This document shows, in pieces, positions 18,725-18,978 of a stretch of 18,978 nt of DNA. The number at the start of each line of letters is the position of its first letter. Position 1 is the stretch's first letter. This DNA is from Octopus sinensis. Lineage: Eukaryota. The notes beneath the pieces are model-generated. The model searched no databases. It had not been told where the DNA came from and saw only the letters and a list, made by a program, of their open reading frames with translations. The position numbers and the translations under genes were made by a program. Where the stretch lies: assembly GCF_006345805.1 (NCBI RefSeq), contig NW_021824366.1, positions 1-18,978 of the forward strand. The letters run 5' to 3'.

Positions 18725-18978
18725 TTGCAACAACAATAACAAAACAACAACAAATTTCGCTGAGGCGATTAAAGAAAAAAAAACAACAATATACTTTACG
18801 GCTCAACAATTACAGGACACGAACATCAAAATAACAGAATCAGAAGGTATCGTAAAATTAACATACCAGAAGATATTTTGGAAAATGAAAAAAGACGAAC
18901 AATCATTTATAAAATAGTTAACAAAAAAACAAAATCCCAGAGAAGGCCAACACAGGCAAAATAGAGAAGTGCTTGAAA
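18725..18978 (+). pseudogene. Second related ORF1 relic, divergent orientation, runs off the window
   Basis: NFAEAIKEKKTTIYFTAQQLQDT and AKIEKCLK align by eye with NFADILRQKKKKIVTFTNEELIET and TDVEKCFK of the minus-strand relic. Confidence 0.55.

Noticed and set aside
18475-18917. Val/Leu-rich membrane-like ORF and poly-Gly ORF
   Set aside because: Alternate-frame readings of (GTT)/(GTG) trinucleotide repeats in the ORF1 relic.

Overview
AT-rich, extremely repeat-dense eukaryotic DNA, most likely an octopus/cephalopod intron or intergenic region. The organism is inferred from the SINE families and microsatellite load and is not verified. I cannot support any intact host protein-coding gene, and most ORFs in the supplied track are microsatellite translations. 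The window is a mosaic of (TA)n/(TATG)n/(CA)n/(TCTA)n microsatellites, four tRNA-derived SINE families (8 copies), and decayed CR1/L2-type and RTE LINE fragments. It also holds three Helitron PIF1-type helicase relics, a GC-rich 5'-truncated Tx1/L1-clade LINE inside a (TCTA)n array, and two head-to-head LINE ORF1 relics. The most interesting signal, absent from the ORF track, is a set of minimal type I hammerhead-ribozyme motifs of the kind known from Penelope-like elements. One lies inside a 361-bp foldback element with 117-bp near-perfect arms (2154-2514). Two form a head-to-head pair (14748-14890), and further degenerate copies lie at about 2563, 2864 and 4481-4518. Two unrelated copies share a non-canonical CCGANGA core. 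All folds and alignments were done by eye; coordinates of decayed elements are approximate.
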